DNA from: Halobacteriaceae archaeon
Lineage (GTDB): Archaea; Halobacteriota; Halobacteria; Halobacteriales; Halobacteriaceae
DNA: 64,000 nucleotides
Direction of reading: 5' to 3'
Assembly (NCBI GenBank): GCA_042216675.1
Contig: JBDGTS010000003.1
Span: forward strand, 13,227 to 77,226
The position numbers and the translations under genes were made by a program. The notes below the pieces were generated by a model. The model was not told the DNA's origin. It did not search any database and was given only the letters and a program-made list of their open reading frames with translations. Numbering within the stretch: the stretch's first letter is position 1; the number at the start of each line of letters is the position of its first letter. Positions 58,682 through 64,000 of this stretch are shown here, piece by piece.

Positions 58682-59476
58682 ATGTCACGGGCACTCGGCG
58701 GCGCGCTCGGGCGGCTGAAGGACCCGGCGTACACGGGGCCGAATCGGTGTCTCCCCTGCACCGCGGTCAATCTCGTCATCGCCCTCGCTCTCGGGGCGGC
58801 GGTGGCGGTGTGGTGGCTCCCCGCGGGCGCGGGCGTGCTCGCCATCTCGGCGCTGGCAATCTACTTCCGGGGCTACCTCGTCCCGGGCACGCCGACGCTG
58901 ACGAAGCGCTATCTCCCCCGTCGCGTCCTCTCGTGGTTCGGCAAAGCACCCGCGGAGGGGCCCGCCGAGACGGACGCCGACGTCGACGTGGGACGCCACC
59001 TCCTCTCGGCGGGCCTCCTCCGCGACGGCGGCGACGACCTGTATCTCACCGACGCCGCCCGCGACCAGTGGTGGGGTCGGATCGAGACGATTCGGGACCG
59101 AGACGTGGAACCTGAGGACGTGGCGCGGGTGCTGACGGAGGACGTGGACCTCGACTTGCAGTCGCACGGCTCGGCATGGGTCGCCACCGCGAACGGCCGC
59201 CCAGTGGGTCGGTGGGAGTCGCGCGCGGCCCTCCTCGCGGACGTGGCCGGCGCGGAGTTGCTCGCCGACCACCTGCCAGCGTGGGAGACTGCGAACCCCG
59301 CGGTCCGCGGGGAGTTCCTCGGTGGCCTGCGCCTCTTCCTCGAACGGTGCCCGTCGTGCGACGGCACTGTGTCGCTGGGCACCGAGACGGTGGAATCCTG
59401 CTGTGCAGAACGGGAGGTCGTGGCCGTCACCTGCGACGACTGCGGGGCGCGCCTCCTCGAAACCGACGCGCCCTAG
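58682..59476 (+). CDS. Hypothetical membrane-anchored Cys-rich protein
   Basis: YTG.NRCLPCT, two TM helices, GYLVPGTPTLTKRY, C-terminal CPSC...SCC...CDDC. Confidence 0.8.
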   Translation: MSRALGGALGRLKDPAYTGPNRCLPCTAVNLVIALALGAAVAVWWLPAGAGVLAISALAIYFRGYLVPGTPTLTKRYLPRRVLSWFGKAPAEGPAETDADVDVGRHLLSAGLLRDGGDDLYLTDAARDQWWGRIETIRDRDVEPEDVARVLTEDVDLDLQSHGSAWVATANGRPVGRWESRAALLADVAGAELLADHLPAWETANPAVRGEFLGGLRLFLERCPSCDGTVSLGTETVESCCAEREVVAVTCDDCGARLLETDAP

Positions 59477-60501
59477 CGCCGCGCGCGGCGGTTGAGGACG
59501 CCGACGTTGTTCGCGACGCGACCGGTCAGGTCCGTGAACGCCTCGGCGGTGGAGCCCTCGCCCATCACGATCGGCTCGCCGCCCTCGGCCCCGGTCCGAA
59601 TCTCGGGGTCGAGTGGAATGGAGCCGAGGAACGGCATCTCCACGTCCTCGGCGAACTGCTCGCCGCCGCCCTCGCCGAAGATGTTGTGCTCGGAGCCACA
59701 GTCCGGGCAGTGGAACGACCCCATGTTCTCGGCGATTCCGAGGACGGGCGTGTCGTGGCGGCCGAACATCTCCAGTCCCTTCCGGGCGTCGTCGACGGCC
59801 ACCTCTTCGGGCGTCGTGACGACGACGGCGCCGGTGAGCGGCACCGTCTGGAGCATCGTCAGTTGGGTGTCGCCCGTGCCCGGCGGTAGGTCCACGATCA
59901 TGTAGTCGAGTTCGCCCCACTCCACGTCCTCGACGAGTTGGGTGATGATGCTGTGGACCATCGGCCCCCGCCAGATGACGGGGTCGTCCTCGCCGACGAG
60001 GAAGGCCATGCTCATCAGTTTCATCCCGTAGCGCTCGGGCGGGATGATGGTCTCGTCCTCGGTGGCGCTGGGGTGCTCGTCGGCGTCCACCATCCGCGGG
60101 ACGTTCGGCCCGTAGATGTCGGCGTCGAAGAGGCCGACGCGCGCGCCACGGTCGGCGAGGCCGGCCGCGAGGTTCACCGCGACCGTCGACTTCCCGACGC
60201 CGCCCTTGCCGGATGCGACGGCGATGATGTTCTGCACGCCCGGGAGAACGCCCTCGCCGCTCCGGCCGGTGTCGAGGTCCGCCGAGAGGTCGGGTTCGAG
60301 GCCCGCCTCACGGAGCACTTCGCGCACGCGGCCCGCGATGTGGGACTCGTTCGGCGCGTACGGCGCTCCAAGCGCCAACGTGACGTGCGCCGTATCGCCC
60401 TCGACACTGATGTCCGTCACGAGGTTGCCGGTCACGATGTCGCCGCCGAGGTCCGGGTCCTCCACCTCGGCGAGGAGGTCGCGCACGTCGTCTTCGTTCA
60501 T
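59473..60501 (-). CDS. mrp: Mrp/NBP35 (ApbC) Fe-S cluster carrier ATPase
   Basis: VEDPDL N-domain, ASGKGGVGKST, DADIYGPN, WRGPM, DLPPGTGD, ENM...CPDC. Confidence 0.94.
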   Translation of the reverse strand: MNEDDVRDLLAEVEDPDLGGDIVTGNLVTDISVEGDTAHVTLALGAPYAPNESHIAGRVREVLREAGLEPDLSADLDTGRSGEGVLPGVQNIIAVASGKGGVGKSTVAVNLAAGLADRGARVGLFDADIYGPNVPRMVDADEHPSATEDETIIPPERYGMKLMSMAFLVGEDDPVIWRGPMVHSIITQLVEDVEWGELDYMIVDLPPGTGDTQLTMLQTVPLTGAVVVTTPEEVAVDDARKGLEMFGRHDTPVLGIAENMGSFHCPDCGSEHNIFGEGGGEQFAEDVEMPFLGSIPLDPEIRTGAEGGEPIVMGEGSTAEAFTDLTGRVANNVGVLNRRARR

Positions 60502-60578
60502 GGCATCCGGTAGGGCTTCTCGCGGCGATAAGGGTTGTGCAAGCGAACGTTTATGTCGTGATTGGGCGAGAAGCCGTC

Positions 60579-61904
60579 ATGCCGGACCGTCCGAACATCG
60601 TCCTCGTCCACAGCCACGACCTCGGCCGCCGCCTCGGCTGTTACGGCGTGGACGTAGCGACGCCGAACGTCGACGCGATTGCAGACGACGGCCTGCGCTT
60701 CGACCAGTTCACCTGCACCGCGCCCCAGTGTTCGCCGTCGCGCGGGAGCCTCCACACAGGCCGGTATCCCCACAACAACGGCCTGATGGGACTGACCCAC
60801 CGGGGGTGGAGCCTCGACGACGTGCCCACACTCGCCGCGACGCTGAGCGACGCCGGCTACGACACGCACACGTTCGGCGTTCAGCACATCGCCGAGGACG
60901 ACGCCGACGCCGGCTACGACTACTCGCACCGCGGCGGGACCGCTCTCGACGCCGCGGAGTGCTTCGAGGCGGAACTGCCCGAGATGGCGGCCGACGGCCC
61001 GTTCTTCGCGTCGGTCGGCTTCGTCGAACCGCACCTCCCCTTCCGGGTCGATCACGTCGAGGACGCGGCGTACGACCGCTACCACCCCGAGAACGTCGAC
61101 GCGCCGCCGTATCTCCCCGACGAGTACGGTGTGAAACGGGACGTGGCGGAGATGCACGCGCTGATTTCCGAGACGGTGGACCCAGCTGTGGGACACGTTC
61201 GGGATGCACTCGACGACGCCGGCCTCGCCGAGGAGACGCTGTTCGTCTTCACGACCGACCACGGCCCGCCGCTCCCGCGCGCGAAGGGGATGTGCTACAC
61301 CGCCGGCGTCGGCGTGGCGTTCATCGCCCACTGGCCCGGCGTGGTGGAATCGGGTGTGGACGACCACCTGCTGAGCAACGTCGACGTGATGCCGACGTTC
61401 CTCGACGTCGCCGGCGTCGACAAGCCGCCCGAGATGGACGGGCGAACGTTCGCCCCGTTGCTGACCGGTGAGGGGACGTACGACCCCCGCGAACAGGTGT
61501 TCGTCGAGATGACGTGGCACGACCGCTACAACCCGATTCGAGGGATTCGGACCGAGGAGTACACGTATCTGCGGAACTTCTCGATGCTCCCGCGGGTGTT
61601 CATCCCCCGCGACATGATCGACCAGCGCGCCGCACGTCCCGTGCGGGGCGAGTGGTACGACCGGGACCGACCCGCCGAGGAGTTCTACGACAGACGCGAG
61701 GACCCTCACGAACTCGAGAATCTCGCCGCGGAGGCTATGGTGTCGCGCTCGGCGCCGGCCGACTGGGACGTGCCGGACCCGCCGACTGACCTCGGCCCCG
61801 ACCGCTACGCGGCGCTCCACGAGTTCAGAGAGCGCCTCCGTGAGTGGATGAGGGCGACGGACGACCCCCTCCTCGACGGCCCCGTCGGCATCCCCGGTCG
61901 GTAG
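60579..61904 (+). CDS. Sulfatase (Cys-type, sulfamidase/arylsulfatase-like)
   Basis: PNIVLVHSHDLG, CSPSRGSLHTGRYPH (CxPxR), EPH, FTTDHG, PRAKG, EFYD...DP.E..NL. Confidence 0.92.
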   Translation: MPDRPNIVLVHSHDLGRRLGCYGVDVATPNVDAIADDGLRFDQFTCTAPQCSPSRGSLHTGRYPHNNGLMGLTHRGWSLDDVPTLAATLSDAGYDTHTFGVQHIAEDDADAGYDYSHRGGTALDAAECFEAELPEMAADGPFFASVGFVEPHLPFRVDHVEDAAYDRYHPENVDAPPYLPDEYGVKRDVAEMHALISETVDPAVGHVRDALDDAGLAEETLFVFTTDHGPPLPRAKGMCYTAGVGVAFIAHWPGVVESGVDDHLLSNVDVMPTFLDVAGVDKPPEMDGRTFAPLLTGEGTYDPREQVFVEMTWHDRYNPIRGIRTEEYTYLRNFSMLPRVFIPRDMIDQRAARPVRGEWYDRDRPAEEFYDRREDPHELENLAAEAMVSRSAPADWDVPDPPTDLGPDRYAALHEFRERLREWMRATDDPLLDGPVGIPGR

Positions 61905-61934
61905 CCGGTTTTCCGCCCTCGGCGATTCGTTGGG

Positions 61935-61941
61935 TTTATCA
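61935..61941 (+). promoter_or_regulatory. TATA-like element for the tRNA-Ser/rps13 operon
   Basis: TTTATCA in the intergenic region upstream of the tRNA. Confidence 0.5.
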
Positions 61942-62023
61942 GGTGGCGAGAGGTACCTAAACTCGCAAGCCTGTAGGGGCGTCTGCCCCGAGTCCGAGAG
62001 GGCGACGATACAAACCACAGCGC

Positions 62024-62107
62024 GTCGTGGTAGCCTAGCCTGGCCCAAGGCGCAGGGTTGCTAACTCTGTGGCGTAAGCCTCCGGGGTTCGAATCCCCGC
62101 CACGACG
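62024..62107 (+). tRNA. tRNA-Ser (GCT)
   Basis: Acceptor stem GTCGTGG/CCACGAC, anticodon arm CAGGG-TTGCTAA-CTCTG, long variable arm GGC-GTAA-GCC, T arm GGTTCGAATCC, discriminator G; CCA not encoded. Confidence 0.95.
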
Positions 62108-62126
62108 TCCGACAAGCAAGCACACT

Positions 62127-62639
62127 ATGAGTTCGGAGCAACCAGCGGACGAAACAGAAGAGGACGAGATTCAGTACTTCGTCCGGATCGGACAGACCGA
62201 TCTCGACGGCACGAAGTCTGTAGAGCGTGCTCTCACCGGGATGAATGGAATCGGCCGCCGAGCGGCCCGCATCGTCGCCGAAGAGGCGAACGTCGAACGC
62301 GGGGAGACGATGGGTCTCCTCGAGGACGACGAGATCGAACGCGTCGTCGACGCCGTCCAGAACTTCGAGGAACTCGTCCCCGACTGGATGGCGAACCGCC
62401 GGAACGACTTCTTCACCGGCGAGACGACGCACGAGGTCGGGAACGACCTCTCGCTGACCCGCCAGCAGGACATCAACCGGATGCAGATGATCCGGTCCTA
62501 CAAGGGCGTCCGCCACGAGCGCGGACAGAAGGTGCGCGGACAGCGCACGAAGTCCACGGGTCGCACGGAAGGCACCATCGGCGTCAACGTCGAGGCCATC
62601 CAAGAAGAGATGGAAGAAGGCGGCGAGGGTGAGGAATAA
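62127..62639 (+). CDS. rps13: 30S ribosomal protein S13
   Basis: [38 protein letters not shown]. Confidence 0.97.
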   Translation: MSSEQPADETEEDEIQYFVRIGQTDLDGTKSVERALTGMNGIGRRAARIVAEEANVERGETMGLLEDDEIERVVDAVQNFEELVPDWMANRRNDFFTGETTHEVGNDLSLTRQQDINRMQMIRSYKGVRHERGQKVRGQRTKSTGRTEGTIGVNVEAIQEEMEEGGEGEE

Positions 62640-63151
62640 TGGCACTCGGAGACAACACCAAGCTGTACGAGACGCCCAACCATCCGTATCAGGGCGAGCG
62701 TATCAGCGAGGAACACGGCCTCGTGGGCCGCTACGGCCTCAAGAACAAACAGGAACTGTGGCGCGAGCAGTCCCAGCTCCGGAACTACCGCCGCGAGGCG
62801 CGACGCCTCCTCGGTCGCACGGACTCTGACGGGTCCGAGACCGAGGAGTTCGTCGCCCGCCTCCAGCGACTCGGCATTCTCTCGGAGAACGCCGGGGTCG
62901 ACACCGTCCTGTCGCTGGACGTGACCGACCTGCTGGAGCGCCGCCTCCAGACCATCGTGTACCGGCAGGGGCTCGCCCACACGCCCGAACAGGCTCGTCA
63001 GTTCCTCTCCCACGGCCACGTCACCGTCGACGGGAGCCGGGTGCAGGAGCCGTCCTACCGCGTCGAAGTCGCGGAGGAGGACGACATCGAGTTCGACGAG
63101 ACGAGCCCGTTCGCCGACGAACTCCACCCCGAACGAGCGGAGGAGCAATAA
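62639..63151 (+). CDS. rps4: 30S ribosomal protein S4
   Basis: [37 protein letters not shown]. Confidence 0.97.
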   Translation: MALGDNTKLYETPNHPYQGERISEEHGLVGRYGLKNKQELWREQSQLRNYRREARRLLGRTDSDGSETEEFVARLQRLGILSENAGVDTVLSLDVTDLLERRLQTIVYRQGLAHTPEQARQFLSHGHVTVDGSRVQEPSYRVEVAEEDDIEFDETSPFADELHPERAEEQ

Positions 63152-63152
63152 C

Positions 63153-63542
63153 ATGAGTAGCAACGACGACTCCATCTGGGGCATCGCGCACATCCACGCC
63201 TCGTTCAACAACACCATCATGACCGTCACGGACCTCACGGGCGCCGAAACGCTCGCGAAGTCCTCCGGCGGGGCAGTGGTGAAGCAGAACCGCGACGAGG
63301 CGTCGCAGTACGCCGCCATGCAGATGGCCGAGCAGATGGCCGAGACGCTCCACGAGCAGGACATCGAGGGCCTGCACGTCCGCGTCCGCGGCCCCGGCGG
63401 CAACCGCCAGCGCAACCCCGGCCCGGGCGCGCAGGCGGCCATCCGGGCGCTCGCCCGTGCGGGCATCGAAATCGGTCGCATCGAAGACGTGACCCCCGTC
63501 CCGCACGACGGCACCCGCGCCCCGAAGAACAGCGGATACTGA
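63153..63542 (+). CDS. rps11: 30S ribosomal protein S11
   Basis: [46 protein letters not shown]. Confidence 0.97.
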   Translation: MSSNDDSIWGIAHIHASFNNTIMTVTDLTGAETLAKSSGGAVVKQNRDEASQYAAMQMAEQMAETLHEQDIEGLHVRVRGPGGNRQRNPGPGAQAAIRALARAGIEIGRIEDVTPVPHDGTRAPKNSGY

Positions 63543-63543
63543 C

Positions 63544-64000
63544 ATGAGCGACACCGACTTCGACGTCGAGTTCATCGAACGCGACGGCGACAGCGCCCGG
63601 TTCCTCGTTCGGGACATCACGCCGGCGCTGGCGAACGGCATCCGCCGCGCCATCGTCGCCGACGTGCCGACGGCGACCATCGACACCGTCCGGTTCGTCG
63701 AGAACTCCAGCGTGATGTTCGACGAGCAGTTGGCGCTCCGACTGGGCCTCGTGCCCCTCACGACGCCGGACGACCTCACCGAGGAGACGACGGTGACCCT
63801 CGCACTCGACGTGGAGGGGCCCGAGACGGCCTACTCGGGCGACTTGGTCAGCGAGGACCCCCACGTCGAACCCGCGACGGACAACGTTCCGATCATCGAC
63901 CTGAAGGAGGGCCAGCGCCTCGAAATCGAGGCCGAGGCCGTCCTCGGGCGCGGCCGTGACCACGCCAAGCATCAGGGCGGTGTCGCGGTCGGCTACCGCC
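63544..64000 (+). CDS. rpo3: DNA-directed RNA polymerase subunit D/Rpo3 (truncated by window edge)
   Basis: [44 protein letters not shown]; follows rps11. Confidence 0.95.
   Translation, partial: MSDTDFDVEFIERDGDSARFLVRDITPALANGIRRAIVADVPTATIDTVRFVENSSVMFDEQLALRLGLVPLTTPDDLTEETTVTLALDVEGPETAYSGDLVSEDPHVEPATDNVPIIDLKEGQRLEIEAEAVLGRGRDHAKHQGGVAVGYR

Noticed and set aside
62024-62126. tRNA-Ser as an integration site
   Set aside because: No integrase and no duplicated tRNA 3' end noticed; rps13 follows directly.

Overview
This is a GC-rich haloarchaeal (Halobacteria) chromosomal window with acidic proteins and mostly leaderless genes. The left third is conserved core: rnp3-rnp2-psmA-SBDS-FUN14-hflX, nnr, acyP, ogg, aIF2-beta, trxB, arfC, the rpa1-rpap1-rpe operon and an Lhr helicase, interrupted by a small three-gene accessory block at 4864-10318. 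The right end is also core: hisS, lrpA1, porAB, mrp, tRNA-Ser(GCT)-rps13-rps4-rps11-rpo3. Between them (about 26.2-51.9 kb) is a roughly 26 kb carbohydrate-catabolism region. It encodes six Gfo/Idh/MocA dehydrogenases, three TIM-barrel isomerase-like proteins, two ThuA proteins, two enolase-superfamily dehydratases, two FAH-family enzymes, a rhamnose-mutarotase-like protein, an extended SDR and a sulfatase, but no recognisable glycoside hydrolase or sugar importer. The best leads are (1) a possible archaeal oxidative 3-keto-glycoside breakdown system in that region, (2) an unknown ~260-aa protein running in frame through the hisS promoter into HisRS, and (3) a nested GA-loop hairpin repeat after lhr. 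No CRISPR array, rRNA, integrase or transposase was seen. All family assignments come from motif recognition and memory, not database searches.
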